The notes under the pieces: model-generated
What the model was told of the DNA's origin: nothing
What the model saw: only the letters and a program-made list of their open reading frames with translations
Databases searched by the model: none
Part shown: piece after piece, positions 1-13,287 of the stretch
Numbering within the stretch: the stretch's first letter is position 1
Layout: each line of letters begins with the position of its first letter
Assembly: GCA_032718475.1 (NCBI GenBank)
Contig: JAUCBJ010008280.1
Location: 1-44,817, forward strand
DNA length: 44,817 bases
Source of the DNA: Nemertoderma westbladi
Taxonomy: Eukaryota; Animalia; Xenacoelomorpha
Reading direction: 5' to 3'
Program-made: the position numbers and the translations under genes

Positions 1-57
1 TACGCTGCAACCTTACACTGTAATAATACAATTCAAGCATCCGAATTCAGTCTCCCG

Positions 58-451
58 GGTGTAGATCCATCGGGTGAATGATCGCGCATGGGCTGACTTC
101 GGCTAATGTTTTGCGTATTAGCATAAATTATTGTCGTATGCTAAAGTGGTTTTAATTAACTAGAAGACATATAAATTTTGGCAGGTTAAACTGCTAAAGG
201 TCTTCAAAAGCGCGAACAATCGGAGTCCCGGTGGGAATTACTACCTCAATGGATCGCCTTTCTCCGTACACGATAAAGATAACGGCGATCCGGATTGTCC
301 CAATGGAAACTGCGCCGACTAAGTCAATCTCAATGGGTATTGGTGGTATCTGGAGTTGCGGCATTTACGGGGAAGACAGTCGTGAAGGTGGTATTTATTG
401 GCTCACAGCCACTCAGCACGAACCCGTTTGATGAAGATTGGGAAAGACTGA
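58..451 (+). pseudogene. Degenerate fibrinogen-related domain (FReD / fibrinogen C-terminal) coding fragment
   Basis: Manual translation across frames gives FReD motifs in the expected order: GVDPSGE (58-78), HGLTSANVLRISI, SYAK, then frame 2 YLNGSPFSVHDKDNGDPDCPNGNCAD*VNLNGYWWY (stop at 320-322), frame 3 GIYGEDSREGGIYW, and frame 2 MKIGKD* (431-451). These match the family pattern NGxxFSTxDxDND..NCA..GGWWY..G.Y..GI.W..MKIR. Stops and frameshifts are present. Confidence 0.7.
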
Positions 452-499
452 AAGATTAGGAATATCTAGCCTAAAAGGATCAGTTTCAGTTATACATAC

Positions 500-3400
500 T
501 ATTTACTATATTCAGATTTTCTTAATTAATATATATTTAATTTTAATTTAATTTAATTTCGTACATAGAAAATAAATCTAGTACAGCATACATACAGGAC
601 CAACAAAGCACACTATATATAAGGAATGATGTTAATAACGATGCACAGGGTAAATTAGTTACTGTAAATATGTGTACAAACCAAACACCTAACTGATTTG
701 AAATTAGTATCTGTAAACTATTATAACTAAACCTAACATAGAGCTAACAGTATGAATACACAATATGAACAACAATAAACAAGTCAATTAGTGGAGATAT
801 AATTGAGAATGTCATCCAATTCAGATCTATCAAAACCAGGAATAAAAGTTTCTGCGCCACTAACTCTGCACTCAATTAATTCACGGCACATATTAATAAC
901 TGGTAAATGTTCTTGGGAGGTAAACCAAGAAACGTTATTGCAAAGTTTGGACGATAAATCATCAAAACGAACTTTACACTTATCAGCGATGTGTCTCAAA
1001 TTAGAACCACTGACGGACCTACAATCAAATAGAGTAACATTACCAAGAAAACAAATAGATGGTTTAGATGCACAACATAGATAACGGATACGGATAATCG
1101 ATCAAACCCTCTACCAAAAATTTATGAGAATTATATGGAAGCCCCCAAACTAATCGCATATTAATATTCCAGCTAGTTACCATTTTACGGCAAGAATCTC
1201 CCCAAAGTTCCCAAAGGTTACTCTCATAAAAACTCGTATAAATTCGCTGAATTTTTGATAAACTATATGGATGTGCAAACATGAATTCTTGTCTTAAACA
1301 ATTCAACCTACCAATAAATATTCCCCTTTTACGTAAAATATCGCTACTGAACTTACAACCTGAATCTAATATGTTACCCAAATGCGTGGCCTGTTTAACC
1401 CATGGCAAATAAACAGAACGATATAAACCTTGGCACCTGGTGGGTTCCAATTAAAACCAAAGGGGATACACTTCGACTTGCTTTTACTAGCATCTACATT
1501 TGTACTAAAGCACATATTAAATTCTTTAGCAAAATTATCACATGTCGAAATCATCTTTTGTAAACCAATAATAGATGGACACAAAAGAAAAATATCATCT
1601 GCATATACGAAAACACCAAGGTATCTAGAACCTAAATGACAACCAATCTTACTTTCTCTTAGCCGTACAATTAATTTATTTATCAAAACACAAAACAAAA
1701 TCGGGGAATCCACCGAGCCTTGTTTAACGCCATTTGAAATACTAAAAGTAGTGGAGCAGGCAGAACCCCATCTAACAAAACCGCACTGACCTTTGTACAT
1801 CGAAATTAGTGCACGCAGAAAAAGTGGCGAAAACCCCTTAACTAATAATTCTAAAAATAATGATTGCCACTCGACCATATCAAATGCCTTCGTAAGGTCA
1901 AGCAGGCACCCAAACACAGGGGTAGAGAACCGCTGGTAAAAAGATATCGTTTCCTTGGCCGCCCAGCTGCACATTGAGGTACTAGAATTACGTAGGAAAC
2001 CAAACTGTAATTCATCATTCTTAAATACATTATCCTGAGAAAGCAACATTACCCATTCAAACACCTTAACAATCAAAGAAGAAATAGCTATAGCACGGTT
2101 ATTAGTAGATAATGTATGGCTACCTAATTTATTATTAAGTGTAATTAAAGCAAATTTCAATAATAGCAATGGGACATAACTATGTAAAAGGAAAGAATTG
2201 AACAATTGAGCTAAATGCATGAATATGCATAATATGCATATGCATGAATAATGCATAAATATGATTAGCGATAGAAATATCGTCAGTCTTGCCATCAACC
2301 GACGTACTACAACCCTATAAGTACAATTACCTCGCAATCTCTTTATCTCTGAAAATAAATCCACGCTACTATTAGTCAAACATGACTGTAATAATTTATC
2401 TTTATTCACAATATCAGCTTGACGCTTAAGTCTTCGTACGGCATACTGATATTGCGCTCTGGACGACTGCCGCATATGGTATAGATTGCTCGCACTTGCA
2501 CTTGGTCTACCTGCACACACCCACAGGCTGTGCCAAAATATTGCGTCATCTTTGTATGGATGCACATGCTCGTTCCAACCAGGTAAAGTGTGACACTTAT
2601 TACCGTCATTAGAAATACCCCCAGTTTGGGGCAATACCCCTGAGGCATCATTCAGTGCACTCAAAATATCACTAGTATACTCATCAATATTATTAATATG
2701 CGCAGGATTATCACACAGTAAATTATTACAAGTACTACAATTCAATGATATTGAACTTAATCGCTCACTTAAATTAGATTTAAATAAAGATTTCTCATCA
2801 TCATTCGCCCGTGAAAAATTTGGTTTGGATGGTATGTTTCTAGAAACTGGTGATTCAGTCAAACCTTCAACCAAAAATTTAAAATAAATAGGGTTATGGT
2901 CAGACAGGTTGGCACCTGAGTGAACCACTCCCGCCTCAATGCCTGCATTAAGCACTGAGTCTGAAATTAAAAAATGATCAATAGTGGAAGTATATACCAT
3001 ATCATTAATCACACAAATATGCGTAAAATCAACATTGTAAGTATCCCATGCAATATTTAGATTAAAATCACGAATAAATTTTTGCAAATAATTAACATGA
3101 ACTGATTGACGCAAAAAATCAGAATTCAGATCTCCAGCTATAATTACATTATTTGAAGAAGAGGCACTTACAATGCGATTGATATCATTGCTCGATAATA
3201 AAAATTCATCAGAAACTATATCTGAATGCCTGGTATCGACTGGGAAATACGTATTTAGTAAAATAATTTCCCTTGAATTGGGAAATAATAATTTTAAAGC
3301 CAATAAATGTCTATTATCTGTGGTAACTGATACCACATACTTCAAAAGTGATTTACGCACTAATAAACATAACCCAGCCATTTGCCTTCCATGCTGTCCA

Positions 3401-3633
3401 GCAACATTAGAATCTGAAAAATAAGAAGGTTCAAAATAGCACTCAAAATCGGGAAAATGTTTTCTTTATGTAATTTACATTATTTTTAATAAAATTAATT
3501 AATAAAATGTTCCTGAATGCAAATTATATCAGCACTACAGGCTAATATTTTTATAAACTCAACTCTATCAGAAGAAAACCCCCTGCTGTTATAGGAGTAA
3601 ATTCTAAAATTGTAACCATTGTTTACTGGCCAT
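500..3633 (-). mobile_element. Non-LTR retrotransposon, CR1 group (L2/Crack/Daphne-like); ORF2 plus 3' UTR, no ORF1 visible
   Basis: APE motifs SYNSRG..IICIQEH (3495-3633), GDLNSD, TIDHFL, SDHNPI. RT motifs QFGF, LDLTKAFD, GVKQG..SPILF, YADD in ORF 1366-3381. C-terminal pieces lie in ORFs 1064-1450 and 784-999. The left (3') boundary is approximate. Confidence 0.9.
784..3633 (-). pseudogene. LINE ORF2 endonuclease/reverse transcriptase, disrupted
   Basis: Probable start ATG at 3633 (ATGGCCAGTAAACAAT, with a 1-nt shift into NNGYNFRIYSYN). Several frameshifts split it over four track ORFs, and there is an apparent internal deletion near 2215-2300. Confidence 0.85.
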
Positions 3634-3779
3634 ATTAAAGTATAAAAAAATATAAATCTATATATATAGATTACATACAATTATATGAACTCATACATTA
3701 CCTACAATTATATGTAAAATATTATATAAATGTTAAGTGAAAATAAAAAAAAAAAAATCTATATATATATATATCTAAT

Positions 3780-6700
3780 GATTGTGACCATAAGTCATTT
3801 TGAAAGATCAAACAAAATATATATAACTTTTATGTAGAATTTAGCGATCTTATGGTTGCATATTATATAGTATTATGTATAATCATATTCTATATAACTC
3901 CAGCAATTTCTACACTTTAGCCAAATCGGGAAATCCTTGGTAGGACTGGTCATATGGATGCACAACACATTTTGATGATATAAGAATATTTAATTAGTTA
4001 TGTATATCTATATAACTTTATATATGTATTTGGTTTGTTTATAGGACTGTTACTAAGATAAAACATTTCCATTTTTAATTAAACATCAAATTTCACGTTT
4101 TTGCCTAACGGACCTACACCCTATCACAACATTTAATGAATTAAAATTGTTTTTACTAACTAGTGAACATCATTATGTGCAAATATCACGATTCAGAGTT
4201 ATGACCGCTGATCATAGTACCAAACGAGAGAGAGCGAGCTTTGTTGAATAAGAAACGAAGTATGAAATTTTGATACATTACATTAAATTATCACAACTAA
4301 AAATGCTAAATAATAAATTAATCACATTAATATTGTAACATTTATATCAATTTACGCTATTAATTGCAGACTACAACTACCACTAACTAGACCTAAAATT
4401 ATAGCTGTTGTTATAAAATAATGAATGCCCTCACGCTTTTAAAAAATTTGAATATTATTAAGCTAAATATTATCATCTGCAACTTGAGCTGTATTCTATT
4501 TCTCTATTTATTCCAGCATTGTTCCCTTGACCTTTGGCCTCTGAAAAAATATGCTTTTACAATCCCTCGAATATACGGATAAAAAGTTGGACAAAAAATA
4601 ATTATTTATGTAAAAGAATAGTCATTTTTCAAAATTAACAAAATTCATATAAGTTTGAGATAAAATATGCAGCCATATTACAAATTTATAAATCAAATTC
4701 CTAAATTCCATAAAACTGTATCTTTGATAAACATTTGTTATTTTATTTGCTATAATTATATTGCATTTTCGTTTCCTTTAAGTTTTAAATTCATGAAATA
4801 ATTAATGATATTGTATTAATTATCCAAAATATAACTTAAAAAAAAACATAATAATAGTTATAATAATATGACATGCAACCATAAGACATATCAACTGCTT
4901 ATGGTGCATGATTTATTTAAACTATATTTCAGATTGAGTTTTGGTGTATTGGAAGGTTTGAGGTACTTGAAGTTTTAGCATTATTCTTTATAAACCTTTC
5001 CTACTAAATATACCGAATAATGTTGAAATTTAATAGGCAGCCATATAACGAATCATTATAAAGAAAAATTTATACAATAATTACATTATCACATTAGATA
5101 CAACAATTATTGTATTTTTCTTTTTATTCATATTTTAAATTGATAAAATAATATTTCATAATGTTTTTAATTAAAGAAATAAGGCTTTTAAAATACATAT
5201 ATAATATTATTTTATTTATTTGTAATAATTGTATGGAATTAATTTCGCACAAACAAATCGCCAGAGCGACATATTTTCCAGCTTTATACCGCAGTGCGAC
5301 ATGTGCGCAGCGCAGTGCACATTAGTTATGAAATAAGACATGCAACCATAATACAGTCCCAGTGCTTAAGGCTGCATGTTTTATTTAAACTTTACTTTTG
5401 AAGCGAGTTTGTAGGTAATGGTTGTTTGAACATTGAACTAAGTAGATATTTCTCGAATAATTCGAGAAAATTCAGATTTATTTTAATTTTAACATATTAA
5501 TTCTGACCTTCTGACCGTTTGTCTGTTGATCTGTTTTACATAATATAGTATCTCTCAACCCATAGCAAAAACCTATGGCATGGAGTTTTCCTAGTCTGTG
5601 ATTTCATTCCCGATTACGGTTTTCATGTTTGGTGGCATCTAGACTGTCTGTATGTCTGTCCGTTTGCCTGCCTATGTGTCTGTCAAAATATAATATTTCA
5701 CCATACAAAGCTAAAATCTTGGGCATCTGTGTTTTATCGTTATCGACTTCATTTTTAGTGGCATATAAACTGTTTTCGATCAGTCTTACATAATTAAATT
5801 TCGACCACAAGTTATTATATCCCAGAATACAGGAGTTTTCGCACCAAATATACTTTTTTTACCGCCCCAAATAGGTAAAATAGCCCCAAATTTCAGTTAG
5901 TCAGTCAGTCAGCAACGATTCGGTTCCTAATAACGGATCTACTGATAGCTAAATTATAATTACTTAGTCAAGCTGATAAACCCAGAATTGCTAATTAAAG
6001 TTGTGTGGTTTAACGGATCACATTACTTATCAAAGGTCAAGCAGATTATTGTATTGGAAACCGGTTGCTTATTAGAGTTGTTTTCATCCAAACCCAGCAG
6101 CAAACACGGATTACGTATACTGCATTACGATTACTGCAAACAAGTATTGTACTTTCTGTTTTGGTCGGCCTCCACCATACGAGTTTCGAATTATGTTTTT
6201 TTTTTGAGAAGCCGTTCTGTAGTGCAGATGATCGTGGGATCCACTAATATGACATGCAACCATAAGACAGCTCCATTGCTTATGGCTGCATGTTTTATAT
6301 TTAAACTTCATCTCATACATGAGTCTACATGCAATGGGTGGTATATCTAAATAGATTGAGGCACTTGAATTAAGGTTGAAATATGATATACAGCCGTATA
6401 ACAGTGTAATTAGACTTAAAATAAACCTAATATTATTTAAAATAAGACATGCAACGCAATGCATTGAAATTTCCAGTGCTTATTTCAAGTTCCATGCACA
6501 TTTTATTAAACTATATTCCATTCTAGAGTTTGTAATGTAGTTCGTGGGGGCTGGTTTATCTAAATAGATATTATTCTCAGAAAAGTTCGAGTAATTTCGA
6601 TTTTATTAAAGTTTTCATTTTGCTATTGGAATAACAAGGAATATTGATGTAATTAATATCCAATTTAATTTGTATCACTAATTAATTGCAGTTATTACAA

Positions 6701-9525
6701 CAAAGTTTCGGTAAACAATCATAAACTTAGCATATAATGGTTGCTATAAAGCTAGAGTTCAGATTTTATTTACGGTATCAATTTTCATGTTTGGCAGCGT
6801 TTGTAAAGTTTTATGTCTGTCCGTTTGTCAGTCGATCTGTCTGTCAAAATACAATATGACACCCTACAAAGCTAAAATCCTGGGAAATTCTGCTTTCTTG
6901 GATTCTGACTTAATTTACGGTAGCAGTTTTCATGTTTGGAAGCATTTTTACAGTTTGTATACCTCTGTCTGTTTGTCAGTCGATCTGTCTGTCAAAATAC
7001 AATATGACACCCTACAAATCTTAAATCTTGGGAATGTCTGTTTTTTTGGATTCTGACTTCAATTACGGTATCAGTTTTCATATTTGGCAGCGTTTGTAAA
7101 CTTTGTATGTCTGTCCGTTTGTCAGTCGATCTGTCTGTCAAAATACAATATGACACCCTATAAAGCTTAAATCTTGGAAATGTCTGTTTTTTGGACTCTG
7201 ACTTCATTTACGGTATCAGTTTTGATGTTTGGCAGCATTTGTAAAGTTTGTATGTCTGTCCGTTTGTCAGTCGATCTGTCTGTCAAAATACAATATGACA
7301 CCCTATAAAGCTTAAATCTTGGGAATGTCTGTTTTCTTAAATTCCAACTTCATGTACGGTATCAGTTTTCAAGTTTGGCAGAATTTGTACAGTTTGTATA
7401 CGTCTGTCCGTTTGTCAGTCGATCTGTCCGTCAAAATACAATATGACACCCTACAAAGCTAAAATCCTGGGAATGTCTGTTTTCTTGCACTCTGACTTCA
7501 TTTACCGTATCAGTTTTCATGTTTGGCAGCATTTGTACAGTTGGTATGTCTGTCCGTTTGTCAGTCGATCTGTCTGTCAAAATACAATATGACACCCTAC
7601 AAATGCTAAAATCCTGAGAATGTCTGTTTTCTTGGACTCTGACTTCATTTACCTTATCAGTTTTCATGTTTGGCAGCATTGTACAGTTTATTATGACTGT
7701 CCGTTTGTCAGTCAATCTGTCTGTCAAAATACAATATGACACCATACAAAGCTAGAATCCCGGGAATGTCTGTTTTCTTGGACTCTGACTTCATTTACTG
7801 TTTTAGTTGTCATGTTTGGCAGCAATTGAACAGTTTGTATGTCTGTCCATTTGTCAGTCGATGTGTCTGTCAAAATACAATATGACACCCTTCAAATTCT
7901 AAAATCCTGAGAATGTCTGTTTTCTTGGACTCTGACTTCATTTACCGTATCAGTTTTCATGTTTGGCAGCATTGTACAGTTTATTATGACTGTCCGTTTG
8001 TCAGTCAATCTGTCTGTCAAAATACAATATAACACCATACAAAGCTAAAATCCCGGGAATATCTGTTTTCTTGGACTCTGACTTCATTTACTGTTTCAGT
8101 TGTCATGTTTGGCAGCAATTTAACAGTTTGTATGTCTGTCCGTTTGTCAGTCGATGTGTCTGTCAAAATACAATATGACACCCTTCAAATTCTCATATCC
8201 TGAGAATGTCTGTTTTCTTGGACTCTGACTTCATTTACCGTGTCAGTTTTCATGTTTGGCAGCATTGTACAGTTTGTATGTCTGTCCGTTTGTCAGTCAA
8301 TCTGTCTGTCAAAATACAATATGACACCATACAAAGCTAAAATCCCGGGAATGTCTGTTTTCTTGGACTCTGACTTCATTTACGGTATTAGTTTTCATGT
8401 TTAGCTGCATTTGTTCAGTTTGTATACGTTTGTCCGTTTGTCAGTCGATCTGTCTGTCAAAATACAATATGAAACCCTACAAAGGCTAAAATCCTGAGAA
8501 TGTCTGTTTTCTTGGACTTTGACTTCATTTACCGTATCGCATTTGCGGTATCAGTTTTGATATTTGGCAGCATTTGTAAAGTTTGTATGTCTGTCCGTTT
8601 GTCAGTCGATCTATTAGTCCGGTAGTTTCAGAGATGTATTCTAAAGCTTTGAACTTTGGGCCATGTGCCCTTTCTACTACAACCGTATCATTTGTCGATC
8701 TTGTGTCTCTCTGTACTAATATTTAGTGTGAAGTTTGTGCTATCTAGCCAGACAACCTGTGGTTAGTGAGAACTAAAAATGCGGCGCCTGTCCTTTCTCA
8801 AAATTAACTATAGATTATATAAAACATGCAGCCATAAAACCAATTCATTGCAGTTATTAATTAAACAGACTCTTTGATAAAATTAGTAACTACAAATTAT
8901 TGTACTTTCATTTCTTTTATATTTTCAAGGGATTAAATCATTTAAATAATTCAACTAACTAACTAATTTAACCATTTATAATATTGTATTTATTAATTGA
9001 CCAAAATATGACATAAAAAAAACATAATAATTATTATTATAATATAACATGCAACCATAAGAGAGTTCCATTGCTTAAGGCTGCATGTTTTATTTAAACT
9101 TTATCGCAGACGTGAGTTTACATGTAATGGCTGGTTTATCTAAATAGATTGAGACACTTGAATTAAGGTTGAAATATGATATGTAACCGTATAACAGTAT
9201 AATAAGACTTAAAATAAACCTAATATTATTTATAATAATGCATGCAACTGTATTGAAAGTTCCAGTGCTTATGGCTGCACGTTTTATTTAAACTGTATTC
9301 CAGAAAAGAGTTGTATTGTAGTGGGGGCTGGTTTATCTAAATAGATAATTCTCAGAAAAGTTCGAGTAATTCCGATTTTTTTAAAGTTTTCATTACTTGA
9401 TATTGGAATAATTAGGAATATTGATGTAATTCATATCCAATTTAATTTGTATCACTAATTAATTGCAGTTATTACAACAAAGTTACGGTAAACAATTATA
9501 AAATTAGCATATAATAGTTGCTATG
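3780..9525. repeat. Dispersed/divergent repeat family carrying the hairpin motif ACATGCAACCATAAG-N12-CTTATGGCTGCATGT
   Basis: Motif copies at about 4871-4910, 5338-5379, 6252-6293, 6447-6500, 9047-9088 and 9241-9281. Block 6245-6750 recurs at about 9040-9525. Confidence 0.7.
6757..8612 (+). repeat. ~146-bp satellite array 1 (~12-13 units)
   Basis: Unit GTATCAGTTTTCATGTTTGGCAGCATTTGTACAGTTTGTATGTCTGTCCGTTTGTCAGTCGATCTGTCTGTCAAAATACAATATGACACCCTACAAAGCTAAAATCC... recurs at about 6775, 6920, 7068, 7213, 7359 and 7508. Confidence 0.95.
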
Positions 9526-9734
9526 AAGCTATGCAGAAGAATACAGACGTGTTTAAGAGATTATTATTACTAAGTTAGTGATAGTTAGTTATAGAAGTAT
9601 AAGTACGTTCGTCCTATAGGCCGCAACGCTGCAATACGGTACTTTACTGCGTTAAGAGTAAAACACCAGAACTCTGAAAAGTTCGCATAATATTGTTGCA
9701 AATGTACCAATTGTTGATATCACACGTGAACCTT

Positions 9735-10242
9735 TTAGAGTTTATTTAGGGCAGCAGTAGAGACAGCCTTCTTAGATGGGAGTCCATGCTGGTCTCTGAC
9801 TGACTGCAGAGTATACAAAACCTCTGGATGGCACATTCACAATAATGCTACGCCGGGGTCATTGTGTCAAGAAGAACGAACACATCTCCATAACCAGACT
9901 GTGAACAACATCGGAAGTGTTTCATTAGTCTCCGAAAGCTTTTGCTTGAACTGAGCTGCCACCGCCTTGTAGGACATTGCTTTCACAGTGTGGACCAGCC
10001 TGTGCATAATCTTGTGCTTTGGCGGCCTCATGGAACGACTATGTATGGTGGTAAGCCCATGACTTTCTTGAGACGCATTTTAAAGAACACTGGACTTGAA
10101 GATGCGGATGATCTAGCAAATGTCATGGGTGATAGGGAGTTGAGGTGGAGCAATTTTATCGACAAGCCGACACATCTTTCTTAATATATTTGATATAATT
10201 AATGCAGCCGCAATGCAACATGCCGATAGTAGTAGTAGTAGT
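9735..10242 (+). mobile_element. 5'-truncated RTE-clade LINE 3' end with (TAG)n tail
   Basis: Homologous to the minus-strand RT C-terminus at 25756-25968 (LFRAAV, LDGTFT.MLRR). ORF 9942-10184 reads RLVGHC..QPVHNLVLWRP..GGKPMTF..TGL..DDLANVMGDR. Ends in TAGTAGTAGTAGTAG. Confidence 0.8.
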
Positions 10243-10424
10243 TATAGATGTTTGTTGATACCAATAGAAAGATAGAAGAAATATTGGGTATAAAAGTTTC
10301 ATCAATTATTATCTGCTTGTAGCAATTAATCTATATGTGTACCGACATTTGCTGGGGCTCATATCCATATACAATTATATTAGACCAGACAGCTAAAATT
10401 TTCCATATGTAGATTTTCATCACT

Positions 10425-13285
10425 GATGTCATTTCCCATATCAGTTTTCAAGTTTGGCGGCATTTGTACAGTTTGTATGTCTGTTTGTTTGTCGAAAAAC
10501 AATATGACACCCTACAAAGCTAAAATCACGGTAATGTCTGTTTTCTTGGACTCAGACTTCATTTACGATATCAGTTTTGATGTTTGGCAGCATTTGTAAA
10601 GTTTGTATGTCTGTCCGTTTGTCACTCGATCTGTCTGTCAAAATACAATATGACACCCTATAAAGCTTAAATCTTGGGAATGTCTGTTTTCTTAAATTCC
10701 GACTTCATGTACGGTATCAGTTTTCAAGTTTGGCAGAATTTGTACAGTTTGTATACGTCTGTCCGTTTGTCAGTCGATCTGTCCGTCAAAATACAATATG
10801 ACACCCTACAAAGCTAAAATCCTGGGAATGTCTGTTTTCTTGCACTCTGACTTCATTTACCGTATCAGTTTTCATGTTTGGCAGCATTTGTACAGTTTGT
10901 ATGTCTGTCCGTTTGTCAGTCGATCTGTCTGTCAAAATACAATATGACACCCTACAAATGCTAAAATCCTGGGAATGTCTGTTTTATTGGACTCTGACTT
11001 CATTTACCGTATCAGTTTTCATGTTTGGCAGCATTGTACAGTTTATTATGACTGTCCGTTTGTCAGTCAATCTGTCTGTCAAAATACAATATGACACCAT
11101 ACAAAGCTAAAATCCCGGGAATATCTGTTTTCTTGGACTCTGACTTCATTTACTGTTTCAGTTGTCATGTTTGGCAGCAATTGAACAGTTTGTATGTCTG
11201 TCCGTTTGTCAGTCGATGTGTCTGTCAAAATACAATATGACACCCTTCAAATTCTAAAATCCTGAGAATGTCTGTTTTCTTGGACTCTGACTTCATTTAC
11301 CGTGTCAGTTTTCATGTTTGGCAGCATTGTACAGTTTGTATGTCTGTCCGTTTGTCAGTCAATCTGTCTGTCAAAATACAATATGACACCATACAAAGCT
11401 AAAATCCCGGGAATGTCTGTTTTCTTGGACCCTGACTTCATGTACGGTATCAGTTTCATGTTTTGCAGCATTTTTACAGTTTGTATGTCTGTCCGTTTGT
11501 CAGTCAATCTGTCTGTCAAAATACAATACGAAACCCTACAAATGCTAAAATCCTGAGAATTTATGTTTTCTTGGACTCTGACTTCATTTACTGTATCAGT
11601 TTTCATGTTTGGCAGCAATTGAACAGTTTGTATGTCTGTCCGTTTGTCAGTCGATGTGTCTGTCAAAATACAATATGACACCATACAAAGCTAAAATCCC
11701 GGGAATGTCTGTTTTCTTGGACCCTGACTTCATGTACGGTATCAGTTTCATGTTTTGCAGCATTTTTACAGTTTGTATGTCTGTCCGTTTGTCAGTCAAT
11801 CTGTCTGTCAAAATACAATACGAAACCCTACAAATGCTAAAAACCTGAGAATTTATGTTTTCTTGGACTCTGACTTCATTTACTGTATCAGTTTTCATGT
11901 TTGGCAGCAATTGAACAGTTCGTATGTCTGTCCGTTTGTCAGTCGATGTGTCTGTCAAAATACAATATGACACCATACAAAGCTAAAATCCCGGGAATGT
12001 CTGTTTTCTTGGACCCTGACTTCATGTACGGTATCAGTTTCATGTTTTGCAGCATTTTTACAGTTTGTATGTCTGTCCGTTTGTCAGTCAATCTGTCTGT
12101 CAAAATACAATACGAAACCCTACAAATGCTAAAATCCTGAGAATTTATGTTTTCTTGGACTCTGACTTCATTTACTGTATCAGTTTTCATGTTTGGCAGC
12201 AATTGAACAGTTTATTATGTCTGTCCGTTTGTCAGTCAATCTGTCTGTCAAAATACAATATCACACCATACAAAGCTAAAATATCGGGAATGTCTGTTTT
12301 CTTGGACTCTGAATTCATTTACTGTATCAGTTGTCATGTTTGGCAGTATTGTACAGTTTGTATGTCTGTCCGTTTGTCAGTCAATCTGTCTGTCAAATTA
12401 CAATATGACACCATACAAGCTAACATCCCGGGAATGTCTGTTTTCTTGGACTCTGACTTCATTTAGTGTATCAGATTTCATGTTTGGCAGCAATTGAACA
12501 GTTTGTTTGTCTGTCCGTTTATCAGTCGATCTGTCTATCAAAATACAATATGACACCCTGCAAATTCTAAAATCCTGTGAATGTCTGTTTTCTTGGACTC
12601 TGACTTCATTTACGGTATCAGTTTCCATGTTTGGCAGCAATTTTACAGTTTGTAAGTCTGTCCGTTTGTCTGTCAATCTGTCTGTCAAAATACAATATGA
12701 CACCATACAAAGCTAACATCCCGGGAATGTCTGTTTTCTTGGACTCTGACTTCATTTAGTGTATCAGATTTCATGTTTGGCAGCAATTGAACAGTTTGTT
12801 TGTCTGTCCGTTTATCAGTCGATCTGTCTGTCAAAATACAATATGACACCCTGCAAATTCTAAAATCCTGTGAATGTCAGTTTTCTTGGACTCTGACTTC
12901 ATTTACGGTATCAGTTTCAATGTTTGGCAGCAATTTTACAGTTTGTAAGTCTGTCCGTTTGTCTGTCAATCTGTCTGTCAAAATACAATATGGCAGATAA
13001 ACGGTCAATATGGTCGATAAAGCTTAAATCTTGGGAATGTCTGTTTTTGGACTCTGAATTCATTTGCGGTATCAGTTTCAATGTTTGGCAACAATTTTAC
13101 AGTTTGTACGTCTGTCCGTTTATCTGTCAATATGTCAGTCAAAATATATTTTAACACACCGCAAAACAAAAAAATTCGATACGTGCTTTTTATTGTTCTC
13201 TGATTTCATTCCAATATCAATTCTCATGTTTTATGTCACCTTGACTGTTTGACTGTCAAAATATCATATATCACCCTACAAAGCA
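10425..13285 (+). repeat. ~146-bp satellite array 2 (~19 units) with local 292-bp higher-order dimer
   Basis: Same unit as array 1. Near-identical track ORFs recur every 292 bp (11355/11647/11939; 11463/11755/12047). Units degenerate at both edges. Confidence 0.95.
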
Positions 13286-13287
13286 AG

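Noticed and set aside
231-431. 66-aa track ORF as a standalone gene
   Set aside because: Only its last third is in the FReD-like frame; it is part of a frameshifted pseudogene.
6787-13252. Many 60-140-aa ORFs in the satellite arrays
   Set aside because: They are translations of the 146-bp repeat on both strands with no protein-like features.
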